Below, piece after piece: positions 1 through 10,229 of a DNA stretch of 64,000 nucleotides. Within the stretch, counting starts at the first letter, position 1. Each line of letters opens with the position of its first letter. The DNA comes from a virus. The notes beneath the pieces were generated by a model, which worked only from the letters and a program-made list of their open reading frames with translations, did not search any database and was not told where the DNA came from. The translations under genes were made by a program, and so were the position numbers. The stretch is taken from positions 64,001-128,000 of IMG/VR virus record IMGVR_UViG_3300025108_000015; one strand, written 5' to 3'.

Positions 1-2
1 AG

Positions 3-680
3 TGGGCTGAGAAAAATAATGCTGAAGTTGTAATTTGGGATACTGCGTTATATACTTGGGAAGAGATGACTATCCCATGGCAACGATATCACTTATTTAA
101 AATACTTGACCATAACGAGATAGAATTTGACCAAGTTCTAATGGTTGATTCCGATACGATAGTACATCCAGATACACCTAATTTCTTTGAAATGAACGAA
201 CGTAAGTATACTGGTGTTCTTGATTTGGGGTGTTGGGAATGGACTGGTAGGTCACTAAGACATTACAAAGATATGTTCGATGGTTACAAGCTAGATAGAG
301 GTATGTACTTTAATGGTGGATTTCAAATTGTAAACGAATCCCATAGAGAATTCTTTGATTACGTATTAGACTTTTATTTTAAAAATCAAGATACTTTGGT
401 AGAAAAGCAAAAAGCAGGATTGGGTACTGACCAAACTGTTATAAACTATCTGATACAAACTCAAGGAATTGATTTGAAGATGTTACCTGCCACATTCAAT
501 CTACATCATATGTCGAGTAAGAACCTACTTAACTTTGGCCAATCGTGGTGGGGTGATAGTATGGATAATCTATACGAACAAGCGTGGGTATATCATTTTA
601 ATGCAATTCCTAAAAATGGATTGAATAGAAACTCATCATACTTTATAAAAAGAGCATACGAGGAATTATGGGGAGAATAG
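3..680 (+). CDS. Glycosyltransferase (GT-A fold, nucleotide-diphospho-sugar transferase), 5' truncated by window edge
   Basis: DxD motif (MVDSDT), FNGGFQIVN, DQTVINY, YHFNA. The frame is open from position 3, upstream of the track start at 66. Confidence 0.75.
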   Translation, partial: WAEKNNAEVVIWDTALYTWEEMTIPWQRYHLFKILDHNEIEFDQVLMVDSDTIVHPDTPNFFEMNERKYTGVLDLGCWEWTGRSLRHYKDMFDGYKLDRGMYFNGGFQIVNESHREFFDYVLDFYFKNQDTLVEKQKAGLGTDQTVINYLIQTQGIDLKMLPATFNLHHMSSKNLLNFGQSWWGDSMDNLYEQAWVYHFNAIPKNGLNRNSSYFIKRAYEELWGE

Positions 681-1615
681 CATTTATATCAGAGTTACCA
701 TTTAATGGTAAGGTGAATAGAAACCACCCACATATGAGAACTGAGTTTGCTCAATTTTGTGCTCTAAACGCAGACCATTATTGTTTCTATCAGATGGAAC
801 AATTACAATCTGAATACGACCATATCATTCTACTCATTAGTAAGACTGATAAACTCAGAGATTTTGTATACCAAAAAGAAAAGTTGGTATCAGACTTGAG
901 GAAGTTTGGTAAGAAGATTTGGTTTATGCAAGAGGCAACCGCACAAATATATCAAACAAAAGAACTTCATCATCAGATTTGGCATTATAATTTATTACAA
1001 GAAGTAGATGGTATCCTTACTGAAAATGTAACGGATTTTAACTACTTTAAAGGTATAACCTCTTCTGATAAAGAAATTCACACAATTCCCACTTTGATTA
1101 TTGAAGATAATTTTGTATATTTAAAAAATACTACAAAAGAAGAAAAGGTTATGATGGGTGGTAATTTCACTTCTTGGTATGGTGGGTTTGATTCTTACTT
1201 GGTATCGAGTGAGTTTAACAAACCAATATCAGTACCTAAAATGAGAACAGTTGCAAACGAAAGCCAATTGGTAGAGGTATTACCACACGTTACATTTTCA
1301 GAGTGGATGAAACTCCTATCAAGTTATAAGTACGCGGTACATCTAATGCCTAACACCACTGCAGGTACGTTTTCATTGAATTGTTCTTTTCTTGGTATAC
1401 CATGTATAGGTTATGTTGATGCTGATACACAACGATTATCTCAACCCATGCTATCGGTTGATAGATTTGATTTAGAAAGTGCACGAAGTTTAGCAAAACA
1501 ACTTAGAGATGATGAGGGCTTCTATAATGAATGTTCCAAATCGGCTCTAAATAATTACAACAAACACTTCCATGAGAATGTGTTTTTAACTAAAATGAAT
1601 AAAATATTATGTTAA
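668..1615 (+). CDS. Putative glycosyltransferase (GT-B-like)
   Basis: Lies between two GTs; C-terminal TFSLNCSFLGIPCIG resembles the GT-B donor-binding region. Confidence 0.5.
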   Translation: MGRIAFISELPFNGKVNRNHPHMRTEFAQFCALNADHYCFYQMEQLQSEYDHIILLISKTDKLRDFVYQKEKLVSDLRKFGKKIWFMQEATAQIYQTKELHHQIWHYNLLQEVDGILTENVTDFNYFKGITSSDKEIHTIPTLIIEDNFVYLKNTTKEEKVMMGGNFTSWYGGFDSYLVSSEFNKPISVPKMRTVANESQLVEVLPHVTFSEWMKLLSSYKYAVHLMPNTTAGTFSLNCSFLGIPCIGYVDADTQRLSQPMLSVDRFDLESARSLAKQLRDDEGFYNECSKSALNNYNKHFHENVFLTKMNKILC

Positions 1616-2814
1616 ATAAATCAGATATATCATTTATCCAACCATCTCGTGATAATTTAAAGTACCTAAAGTGGTCATACGATTCAATCAGAAAGAATGG
1701 TGGGCCAGAACCAACCATTTGTGTTGCAGATGACTTCAGTAACGATGGAACTTGGGAGTGGTGTCAAGAAATGATGACCACGGACCCAAACTTCAAGGCA
1801 ATACGAAACGAAGGACCAACACGATTGGGTCATACTATTCTATACGATAGATTAATCAACGAAGTAGCTACCACGCCAATTGTAGGTATATATCATGCTG
1901 ATATGTATTTATGTCCTGGCGCTCTTGAATCAGTATTAGAACACATTAAACCTCTAAGTGTGGTATCACTTACTCGTATCGAACCACCATTACATCCGGA
2001 TGGTCCTGAAAAGATTCTTTTGGACTTTGGTATTGAGCCGGAAGAGTTTGTTGATTTAGAAGATAAGCTATTAGAACAATTACCATCGTTAAAACAAGGT
2101 AAAACTACTGAGGGTATATTTGCCCCATGGTTCTTATTTAAAGAAGACTTTACTTCTATTGGTGGACACGACCCGTTATTTGCACCCCAATCAAAAGAAG
2201 ATACTGATATCTTTAATCGATTCCATCTGAATGGATATAAGTTTATTCAGACTTGGGATGGGTTTGTATATCATATGACTTGTAGAGGTAGTAGATTTGC
2301 AGATGGAGCGAAGCGTAATCCAAATGGAGAGGTCTTCATGAAGAATAGGGAGACTGATGAGTGGTTGATTCAGAATCAACGTTCAACTCGTAACTTCCTT
2401 AGAAAGTGGGGGCATTATTGTAAACATGATAAGTTAATGAAACCAGTCGTACCACATAAGTACGATATACAATTCAATATTGAAAATGGTACTTATGCAT
2501 TACTACATGCCTTAGAACCCTGGTGTAGTAGAATTGTAATAGATTTAGATAAAGATAAAATCAAAGAATATATTGAGTTAGAACAACCAAGCACTCAGTT
2601 CGATTTAAGTAAAAGAATCAATGTAGATGTAGATTCTGATATTGAAATTAGTTTTGATGGTAATAAATTTACACAAAATGCATTTAATTACATACAGCAA
2701 TTATCAGAAATATTAGATTTTAACGATTTTTCTAATGGTGAGTATGAATTAGACATATTTAATATAAAGGTGAATCGTGTAAAACACTACGATTCTGAGT
2801 TAATTAATCTATGA
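1609..2814 (+). CDS. Glycosyltransferase family 2 protein
   Basis: ICVADDFSNDGT, YHADMY and GGHDPLFAPQSKEDTD are GT2 motifs. Confidence 0.85.
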   Translation: MLNKSDISFIQPSRDNLKYLKWSYDSIRKNGGPEPTICVADDFSNDGTWEWCQEMMTTDPNFKAIRNEGPTRLGHTILYDRLINEVATTPIVGIYHADMYLCPGALESVLEHIKPLSVVSLTRIEPPLHPDGPEKILLDFGIEPEEFVDLEDKLLEQLPSLKQGKTTEGIFAPWFLFKEDFTSIGGHDPLFAPQSKEDTDIFNRFHLNGYKFIQTWDGFVYHMTCRGSRFADGAKRNPNGEVFMKNRETDEWLIQNQRSTRNFLRKWGHYCKHDKLMKPVVPHKYDIQFNIENGTYALLHALEPWCSRIVIDLDKDKIKEYIELEQPSTQFDLSKRINVDVDSDIEISFDGNKFTQNAFNYIQQLSEILDFNDFSNGEYELDIFNIKVNRVKHYDSELINL

Positions 2815-3056
2815 GATACTTTATATTACTACCAGGAGACACCGAAGAATCAGTTGATTTCTCAACTAATGTCTTAGGTGAAATTTCATTCAAAAACTTT
2901 TGGGCAGACCAAGGGTTTGAGATATTAGTAAGATTGGTAGAAAAGTATCCGGACACTTTATCTGAAGTGACAATCAAAGACGAACAATCTAAATCTTATT
3001 CCGTAGAAGAATTCTTGGACAAAATTAAAAAGTTAAAGGTAATCCAAAATGGGTAA
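2811..3056 (+). CDS. Hypothetical protein
   Basis: ORF coupled to neighbours by overlapping start/stop. Confidence 0.6.
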   Translation: MRYFILLPGDTEESVDFSTNVLGEISFKNFWADQGFEILVRLVEKYPDTLSEVTIKDEQSKSYSVEEFLDKIKKLKVIQNG

Positions 3057-3309
3057 AATAGACCTTAATAAATTAGAAGACTATGTAGATAGTCATGAGA
3101 GATATGAAAAATTTACAAAATCAAATAGGAAGAAAGCTAATAATGAAGAAAACTTTCTCCAATCACAAGGGAAGTCTGTTGGGGGGAGAACGACTGACAC
3201 TTATATCGGTCAACGAACAAAAGCAAGAACTTAGAGTATCAGACCCATTCGGAAGTGACTGGATAATTCCTTTGGAATTTGTAGATACTTATATATAAGG
3301 ATATGTAAT

Positions 3310-3465
3310 ATGAGTGGATTGAGTAGATATGAAGAAGCACTTGAACGTTTAATCAAATCGGTTGATGAGAAGTGGTCAGCTTCATATAAAAAATCCATAG
3401 ATTGTAATAACCCAAAAGGCTTTAGTCAAAAAGCACATTGTGCCGGCCGCAAAAAAGGAAAATAG
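3310..3465 (+). CDS. Small conserved phage protein (51 aa, EKWSASYKKSIDCNNPKGFSQKAHCAGRKK), not in ORF track
   Basis: Read by hand: ATG 3310 to TAG 3465; motif recognised from marine myovirus small proteins. Confidence 0.7.
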   Translation: MSGLSRYEEALERLIKSVDEKWSASYKKSIDCNNPKGFSQKAHCAGRKKGK

Positions 3466-3466
3466 T

Positions 3467-4348
3467 ATGTTACTAAAAGTAGGTTCAAAAGGAAACGAAG
3501 TTAAATTATTACAAGAGTTTTTAGAAATTGGCGCAGATGGTATATTCGGTAAAGGAACTGAGAAATCAGTTAAAGAATTCCAAAAAATCAATGGTTTGGT
3601 TGCTGATGGTATCGTTGGCGCTTCCACTTGGGATTGTATGGGTTTGGCTACTACTGATGACTCAGAAAAGACATTCGAAACGGAAAATTGTCTAATTGTT
3701 AATAGACATTACTTACCTAATGGTGAGTATAAATCAGGCCCAACTAATAAAGAGTATATATTCTTACATCATACTGCAGGGTGGCACAACCCATTCAATT
3801 GTATCGACCAATGGGGTAGAGATTCTCGTGGTGCAGTAGCAACTGAATTTGTATTAGGTGGTCCATCAGTAAAAGGTAACAATGAAGACTATGATGGTGT
3901 AATGGTACAAGCATTTCCTGAAGGTGGTTATGGGTGGCACTTAGGTAAGAATGGGTCACAGTATATGCACACACATTCAGTAGGAATTGAAGTGTGTAAC
4001 TTTGGCTGGATTAAAGATGGTAAAACATATGCCGGTACACGAGTTCATGAATCTCAGTTGGTTGAGTTAGACACCCCATTTAGAGGATTCAAAACTTGGC
4101 ACAAATATTCCGATGACCAAATCGAAGCACTTAGAAAGTGGATTCTATGGATTGGTGAGAGAGATAACATTGATGTAAGAAGCGGATTAGTAGAAGAAGT
4201 AAAGAAAAAAGGTGCAGGTGGATTTGAATTCAATGAAGATGCATACTATGGTAGAGTAAAGGGTATGTGGACTCATACTAATACACGTAAAGATAAGTTT
4301 GATATGTTCCCACAACAAGAACTATTAGATATGTTAATCTCTTTATAG
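3467..4348 (+). CDS. Endolysin: peptidoglycan-binding domain + N-acetylmuramoyl-L-alanine amidase (Amidase_2-like)
   Basis: N-terminal LKVGSKG...LQEFL...ADGIFGKGT...VKEFQ...ADGIVG (PG-binding). Zn-amidase motifs IFLHHTAG, SVGIEVCN, HTNTRKDKFD. True start likely ATG 3467. Confidence 0.85.
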   Translation: MLLKVGSKGNEVKLLQEFLEIGADGIFGKGTEKSVKEFQKINGLVADGIVGASTWDCMGLATTDDSEKTFETENCLIVNRHYLPNGEYKSGPTNKEYIFLHHTAGWHNPFNCIDQWGRDSRGAVATEFVLGGPSVKGNNEDYDGVMVQAFPEGGYGWHLGKNGSQYMHTHSVGIEVCNFGWIKDGKTYAGTRVHESQLVELDTPFRGFKTWHKYSDDQIEALRKWILWIGERDNIDVRSGLVEEVKKKGAGGFEFNEDAYYGRVKGMWTHTNTRKDKFDMFPQQELLDMLISL

Positions 4349-4397
4349 TAATATTACATAGTTATAACAGTAACGTAAATCATCCACGGAATTTATT

Positions 4398-7355
4398 ATG
4401 AAAAAGTATTTAATTAATTTATTACTATTGTTATTACCAACTGTAACATTAGCACAAGGTACAAGTTGGTTTGAGTTAAAAGTAGAATTTGGTAGATACA
4501 TATTCACCAGTGGAAATGTATATTCAAACGACCAGTCAATTTTAATAAAGCAAGGTAACGATACATTATACTACAAAGACTACGTTTCCTTAACTAATCC
4601 AAGTACTTACAACTACACTATTTTAAATTGTGATACTGGTGATGTTAAGATAATACTTAACTCTAATAGAACTAGATGGTGGGATAATCAAGGTGTACCT
4701 CCGGTTGTGTGGTTACGAAACGCAACTCAAGATACATTTGTAAACATAGCCCCAATGACATTAGGGTTATTTAGTGGTGCAAACTCAGTTTACTCATACG
4801 ATACAACTGTTAATCTCCTATCACAACCACCACCATACGCAGGTTGTATGGATACATTATCTTCAACTTACGACTCTAATGCTAATATTAATAATGGTCA
4901 ATGTAAATATCCTGTAACTTTTGCAGTAGATATGAACTCTTATAATGACACGTTCTCTCAAGTTTATGTAAGTGGGCAGTTTAATAGTTGGAGTGGTATT
5001 GCAGATTCTTTATCTGATTCAGATGGTGATGGTATTTGGACAGGTACTATTGATATACTAAACAATCCAGGTTGGTTATGGAAGTACTCAGTTGATAACT
5101 GGGTTGACCAAGAGTTACCACCAAATATGCAAAACAATCAAAACCCATACGCTACTTGTTTCTTATTAGATGCCGCAGGGTTTACAAATAGAAATCTTAT
5201 TGTAGATGGAACATCAGTAGTATTAGATACTAATTGTTGGGAAAAGTGTTTAGATTGTGCTGATATTATAGGATGTACTGATACCACTTCTGCCGAATAC
5301 AACCCATGGGCTACAATAAGTGATGGGAAGTGTATAGGGAATCCAGCAGATACACTTTCTTGTTCTTCAAGTGAAACTTACTTAGACGTACAATTCACTC
5401 CCGATAACTATGGTAGTGAATCAAGTTGGATTCTTTATGACAATAATGGAGCAGTATATACAGCATCTCAAGGGACCTATTCTGGCGCATCACCAGGTAT
5501 AGCTATATCACATTACATTTGTGTTGATACAAATGTATTAGTAGATATTGTAATTAACGATTCTTATGGTGATGGTTTAAATGGTACTTTATTTGGTGGT
5601 CAAGTAGATGGTGATTTAAAAGTATATGATTGTTCAGGTAATCTATTATGGTCGTTATCTGATACAATTCCAAATGGTAACTTTGGGTATCAATTCACAT
5701 CTCCACAATTTAATACTGGAGGGATATGTTCTTCAGGCGCGTCTGATGTTTATGGGTGTATGAATCCATTCTCAACCACATACAATCCAAGTGCTACAAT
5801 AGACACGGGTACGTGTGGGCCAGCCCGAATAGTAGGATGTACTGACACATCAGCATTCAACTATGTAGATACCGCTAACACCAGTGAGATAATGACTGGC
5901 GATTATACCTTAAAAATAAAAGATGGCGCCTCAAATGGTTGGGGTGGTACTTGGTTAGGTATCAAACAAGGTGATAACTTGTCTCCTCAATTTAAAATGG
6001 GACCAAATGATGGTTATGAATTAACGTTTGATGTACCTTTAAACATCTATGAACCAATTGATTTGTACCTATTTACAACGACTCAATCTCAAAACTCAAT
6101 CGCTCAGATAGCATATACGTTGTATGGTCCTGAAGGTGATACTATTGTAGATGTTCCGTTTTGGGGAGCAACTACATTACAATTCCCCATAATTCAAAGA
6201 GTTGATTCACAACCAACATTTGGTGATGTTTGTATCGAAAAAGTATTCGGATGTACCGATTCAACATCTATTAATTACGATTCATTAGCTAATACCGATG
6301 ATGGTGGGTGTATTCCTGTTATTTTAGGATGTATGAATCCATTGTCATTTAATTACAACCCTAATGCAAATACGCCTGATACTTGTATAGCTATTAAAGT
6401 AGGTTGTACGGATTCAACAATGTGGAATTACGACCCATTAGCAAATACGTCAGGTACTTGTATTCCTTATATCTATGGTTGTACAAACCCATCCTCATTT
6501 AATTATAATGCATTAGCTAACACGGATGATGGTTCATGTGTTCCTGTAATTTATGGGTGTACGGACCCAACATCTTATAATTACGATTCATTAGCTAACA
6601 CGGATGATGGGTCGTGTATCGCTAGAGTGTATGGTTGTACTGATTCAACTTCGTTTAACTTTGACCCATTAGCTAATACTGATAATGGAACTTGTGTTCC
6701 TTACATTTATGGGTGTATGGATGTTAACTCATTTAACTACAATCCTGATGCTAATACAAATCAAGTATCGGCTACTGATTTTTCAAACCCATGTATTCCA
6801 ATTATCTATGGTTGTACTGATTCAACGTCACTTAACTACAACCCATTAGCTAATACTGATAATGGTAGTTGTATTACCCCAATATATGGTTGTACTGACC
6901 CAAATGCTCATAATTATAACCCAAATGCTAATGTTTCTGACACTACGGCGTGTTTATATGATGCTGGGTGTATAGATGGGCCTGGTAACCCATATTGGTT
7001 AAATGACCCATGTTACGCTTGGGTAATTGATGTAGACGAGTATTGTTGTACTAATTCGTGGGACACTGATTGTCAATATCTGTATGATTATTGTGCTACT
7101 GTCAATGGTACTCTTAGTATTGATGATATTGACTTTAAAAATATTGTTGTGTATCCTAACCCAACAACAAATACATTAAATATCAGAACTACCTTGGATA
7201 TTACATATACTTTATACGACTTTATGGGTAAATTGATTGTTGAAAATTCTAAAGAACGAACAATTGATATGTCATCATTAGCAAATGGTGTTTATTTCCT
7301 ATCAATTGAACACCATGGTACACGATTTAATAAAAAAATTGTAAAGGAAGATTAA
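4398..7355 (+). CDS. Secreted Cys-repeat protein with CBM48-like domain and type IX secretion (T9SS type A) C-terminal sorting domain
   Basis: Signal peptide MKKYLINLLLLLLPTVTLAQ; VTFAVDMN..VYVSGQFNSW..SDSDGDGIWTGT; 13 GC(T/M)(D/N)..N(Y/F)..AN..G.C-type repeats; C-terminal VYPNPT..YTLYDFMGK..SLANGVYFL..KKIVKE. Confidence 0.85.
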   Translation: MKKYLINLLLLLLPTVTLAQGTSWFELKVEFGRYIFTSGNVYSNDQSILIKQGNDTLYYKDYVSLTNPSTYNYTILNCDTGDVKIILNSNRTRWWDNQGVPPVVWLRNATQDTFVNIAPMTLGLFSGANSVYSYDTTVNLLSQPPPYAGCMDTLSSTYDSNANINNGQCKYPVTFAVDMNSYNDTFSQVYVSGQFNSWSGIADSLSDSDGDGIWTGTIDILNNPGWLWKYSVDNWVDQELPPNMQNNQNPYATCFLLDAAGFTNRNLIVDGTSVVLDTNCWEKCLDCADIIGCTDTTSAEYNPWATISDGKCIGNPADTLSCSSSETYLDVQFTPDNYGSESSWILYDNNGAVYTASQGTYSGASPGIAISHYICVDTNVLVDIVINDSYGDGLNGTLFGGQVDGDLKVYDCSGNLLWSLSDTIPNGNFGYQFTSPQFNTGGICSSGASDVYGCMNPFSTTYNPSATIDTGTCGPARIVGCTDTSAFNYVDTANTSEIMTGDYTLKIKDGASNGWGGTWLGIKQGDNLSPQFKMGPNDGYELTFDVPLNIYEPIDLYLFTTTQSQNSIAQIAYTLYGPEGDTIVDVPFWGATTLQFPIIQRVDSQPTFGDVCIEKVFGCTDSTSINYDSLANTDDGGCIPVILGCMNPLSFNYNPNANTPDTCIAIKVGCTDSTMWNYDPLANTSGTCIPYIYGCTNPSSFNYNALANTDDGSCVPVIYGCTDPTSYNYDSLANTDDGSCIARVYGCTDSTSFNFDPLANTDNGTCVPYIYGCMDVNSFNYNPDANTNQVSATDFSNPCIPIIYGCTDSTSLNYNPLANTDNGSCITPIYGCTDPNAHNYNPNANVSDTTACLYDAGCIDGPGNPYWLNDPCYAWVIDVDEYCCTNSWDTDCQYLYDYCATVNGTLSIDDIDFKNIVVYPNPTTNTLNIRTTLDITYTLYDFMGKLIVENSKERTIDMSSLANGVYFLSIEHHGTRFNKKIVKED
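6249..6953 (+). repeat. Nine tandem ~25-aa coding repeats (GCTDxxxxNYxxxANTDDGSC type)
   Basis: Visible in translation and in DNA (ggttgtac..., gctaatac...). Confidence 0.9.
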
Positions 7356-7356
7356 T

Positions 7357-8436
7357 ATGAAAAAGTTATTGTTATTACTGATATTACCTCTTACAATGTC
7401 AGCACAAACTAAAGATGATAAATCAACACTTAGTGATTTCAAAAAGAATTTAAATAAAATTACTAAGTTTGCTACATTCTATGGTGCATATAATGGTAAT
7501 AATTCGATTTCGGATATTACCACATACTCAGTTACGGATGGGCTAAGTACGACAACAACTGTAACTCCTTACGATTACTCAGCAGTATTTGGATTGAGAA
7601 AGATTCAGAGATTTGGATATGAACCAAATATTCAGAATAGGTTTAAGAATGGTACTGAAAACTCATTCTCAGATGCAGCAACCATAGGAAGTAAATCACG
7701 TGGATTCGAGTATTTGTTCGAATTTGATTATAGAAGACAACAAGGTAAGCAGTTCTTAAATCAAGACCACTTTGTAAGATACATTGCAGACAACTATGTA
7801 TTTAAAGTAGAATACTTAGAGGATGGGTTTGCTGATATTGGTTATTTCGAGTCTTCAGAAAGACTTAGACATAAGTTCAATAGAAAGTTTTCAATTAATA
7901 TAGGTGCAATGCAACGTATCTCAGAACCATATGGATTCGACCCATTTGCCGATTGTATAAGACCTGATGGTAGTATCCCATGGATGAAAATAGCTACCGA
8001 TATGGGGTACAATTGGAATACATTGGGGTTGGGTGATGTTTATACAAATCCTAATGGTGAAATAGTAGCTAATAGTACCGCAGTATTCGAAGAAGTGGTT
8101 GTACCACAAATACTTTCAGAGTATGCTAATAACCAAAGAAATCAGTTACCTAACAAATGGGAACACTCATTGGTATTAGGATTTGATTATTACAAATACT
8201 CTAAAAACTTTTGGTTACACTCGTGGGCAAACTTGTTACCATATCACCTTGACTTAGACGATGATTATAGTTACCATAAATTTCACAATGGGCAATGGAT
8301 AGATTATTCAGGTGGACTAATTCTTGGATACCGATTCAATAAGTCATTGGGTATATTTACTGAAGGTAGATATCATCAATATTGGAATCGTAGTTGGTAT
8401 GAATTCTCAACTGGTATAAACTTTATTATATTATAA
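7357..8436 (+). CDS. Putative outer-membrane beta-barrel protein
   Basis: Signal peptide; aromatic-rich alternating beta strands; C-terminal EFSTGINFIIL. Confidence 0.6.
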   Translation: MKKLLLLLILPLTMSAQTKDDKSTLSDFKKNLNKITKFATFYGAYNGNNSISDITTYSVTDGLSTTTTVTPYDYSAVFGLRKIQRFGYEPNIQNRFKNGTENSFSDAATIGSKSRGFEYLFEFDYRRQQGKQFLNQDHFVRYIADNYVFKVEYLEDGFADIGYFESSERLRHKFNRKFSINIGAMQRISEPYGFDPFADCIRPDGSIPWMKIATDMGYNWNTLGLGDVYTNPNGEIVANSTAVFEEVVVPQILSEYANNQRNQLPNKWEHSLVLGFDYYKYSKNFWLHSWANLLPYHLDLDDDYSYHKFHNGQWIDYSGGLILGYRFNKSLGIFTEGRYHQYWNRSWYEFSTGINFIIL

Positions 8437-8440
8437 TATC

Positions 8441-8674
8441 ATGAAAAACTTTAAAAAAAATATTGGAACATTATTATTGACTATCATAGTAATACTCCAC
8501 ATAATATTCATACATTTAAAGATATCAAGCGTAGAATCTAAGATTCCAACTGACTATGTACCAAGAATGGAATATGAATTAAAAGACCAAATGATTAGAC
8601 AATCGATAAATAATATTTTTGGTGATATTAGAGAAATACAAAAAGAACTTGAAAAAATAGAAGAGGGGAAGTAA
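8441..8674 (+). CDS. Small membrane protein, paralog of 8678..8962
   Basis: N-terminal TM helix; shared motif V.RME(Y/F)(E/D).KDQMIR..I. Confidence 0.65.
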   Translation: MKNFKKNIGTLLLTIIVILHIIFIHLKISSVESKIPTDYVPRMEYELKDQMIRQSINNIFGDIREIQKELEKIEEGK

Positions 8675-8677
8675 GTT

Positions 8678-8962
8678 ATGGCTAAGAAGTTAGATGAGGG
8701 AACTCAAATTACTTTAGATTTAAAAACAATAGGAATCATCTTATTCTTTGTTGCCACTGTCGTAGGTATGTGGTTTACATTACAATCTGACATAGAAGAT
8801 GCAAAAGAATTACCAATACCACCCGATCCAGAAGTAACACGGATGGAGTTCGATATGAAAGACCAGATGATTCGTAATACTATTCTTAATACACAAGGTG
8901 ATGTTACTGAGATAAAAGAGGACATGAAGCGTATAGAAGAAAAAATAGATGAGTTGAGGTAA
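8678..8962 (+). CDS. Small membrane protein with coiled-coil tail
   Basis: One TM helix; paralog motif as above. Confidence 0.7.
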   Translation: MAKKLDEGTQITLDLKTIGIILFFVATVVGMWFTLQSDIEDAKELPIPPDPEVTRMEFDMKDQMIRNTILNTQGDVTEIKEDMKRIEEKIDELR

Positions 8963-8963
8963 C

Positions 8964-9293
8964 ATGAAAAAGATACTACTAATATTATCATTACTATTCA
9001 TTACAAATATATCAAAAGCTCAGATAGTTGTAATACACTTCAATGCTGCTTGGAACGAATCTAATTCAGTTAAGTGGGTAGATGGTTTAGAAGATTGTGA
9101 TATAGAACACGTTGATATCGCTAAAAAACCCAAACTACAAAAAGAATATCAAGTAGTAGTAGTACCTACTATTATAATACTTCAGTATGATGAAGTTAAA
9201 AAAAGATACCAAGCTGACTTGAGTTTTAAACTTAGTGCTACAAAAGAAGAAATACAAGATGCAATAGATGAACTTGTACTAAGTGGGTTTTAA
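8964..9293 (+). CDS. Exported thioredoxin-fold protein lacking CxxC
   Basis: Signal peptide; VIHFNAAWN in place of F.A.WC; VVVVPTII cis-Pro motif. Confidence 0.6.
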   Translation: MKKILLILSLLFITNISKAQIVVIHFNAAWNESNSVKWVDGLEDCDIEHVDIAKKPKLQKEYQVVVVPTIIILQYDEVKKRYQADLSFKLSATKEEIQDAIDELVLSGF

Positions 9294-9332
9294 CATCGTT
9301 ACATATTTATAATCAATAAGGAGTTACATTAC

Positions 9333-9578
9333 ATGAAAACAATTTGGAGAAAGATTATGGCTTTTAAAGACATTTTTAAAGATGACAACGATGTAAACGA
9401 GAAAAATGTAATAGGATTTCTATCATTTGCAGTAATGGTAATATTCGCAGCTGCCGATTTAATTACTGGTTACTTAGGTAAAGATTTGGTAGTTCAAGAA
9501 TTCATATACAACTCATTTGTGTTTATAACACTTGGTTGTTTTGGCATCGCAGGCTTAGAAAAGTTTGCTAAAAAATAG
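9333..9578 (+). CDS. Two-TM membrane protein (holin-like candidate)
   Basis: Two hydrophobic helices and a basic C-terminus. Confidence 0.45.
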   Translation: MKTIWRKIMAFKDIFKDDNDVNEKNVIGFLSFAVMVIFAAADLITGYLGKDLVVQEFIYNSFVFITLGCFGIAGLEKFAKK

Positions 9579-9584
9579 TAAAAA

Positions 9585-10229
9585 GTGAAACTTAGTGATA
9601 TAATAGAACTCAAGTCAATGGGGTACTCCGATGAGATTGACCCTAAACACTTGAAGGTGATGAAGGAAACTCCATCTATGTTGGCTGACTTTGAATGGAA
9701 GCAATTCGCAGGTCAACCACCACATGGTAATGATAATTCCAAAACGAAGATGGAACTCCACCAACTTGCTAAACTCCCTATGGATAACTCATTCGTAAAA
9801 GAAATGGATGATATATCTAAAGTATTCAAAGACTATTGTAATACAGTAGATATCGATTACCCAAAAGGATTAGTGGATATATTGATTGACGATTCTCGTA
9901 TTTTCATAACTAAACTTAAATACTTATATAATAGACCACGACCCAAACAATTGGCAAAACACCCAATGGTGAATGTCCCAATGAAGGATACTGAGTTGGA
10001 CTCTATGAATACTCCCTCATATCCAAGCGGACACTCAACTCAAGGTGTGTTAATTGGTTTGGTTTTGAGTGATATGTATCCGGACCATCAACACAATTTA
10101 ATGGACTTAGCAAAAGACATATCATACTCACGAAATGTGGGAAGAGCACACTACCCATCAGACTCAAAGTTTGGTGAAAAGCTTGGTAACGAAATGTTTA
10201 AGTATTTAAAAAAAGTGAAACTAATATAA
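9585..10229 (+). CDS. PAP2-superfamily phosphatase
   Basis: All three PAP2 motifs: KYLYNRPRP, PSYPSGH, SRNVGRAHYPSD. Confidence 0.85.
   Translation: MKLSDIIELKSMGYSDEIDPKHLKVMKETPSMLADFEWKQFAGQPPHGNDNSKTKMELHQLAKLPMDNSFVKEMDDISKVFKDYCNTVDIDYPKGLVDILIDDSRIFITKLKYLYNRPRPKQLAKHPMVNVPMKDTELDSMNTPSYPSGHSTQGVLIGLVLSDMYPDHQHNLMDLAKDISYSRNVGRAHYPSDSKFGEKLGNEMFKYLKKVKLI

Noticed and set aside
6249-6953. Regularly spaced ~75-bp DNA repeats resembling a CRISPR array
   Set aside because: The repeats are degenerate at third codon positions and lie in frame within the 4398..7355 ORF. No unique spacers or cas genes.
9585-10229. Vanadium haloperoxidase call
   Set aside because: Shares PAP2 motifs but at 214 aa it is the size of an acid phosphatase; no evidence for haloperoxidase-specific regions.
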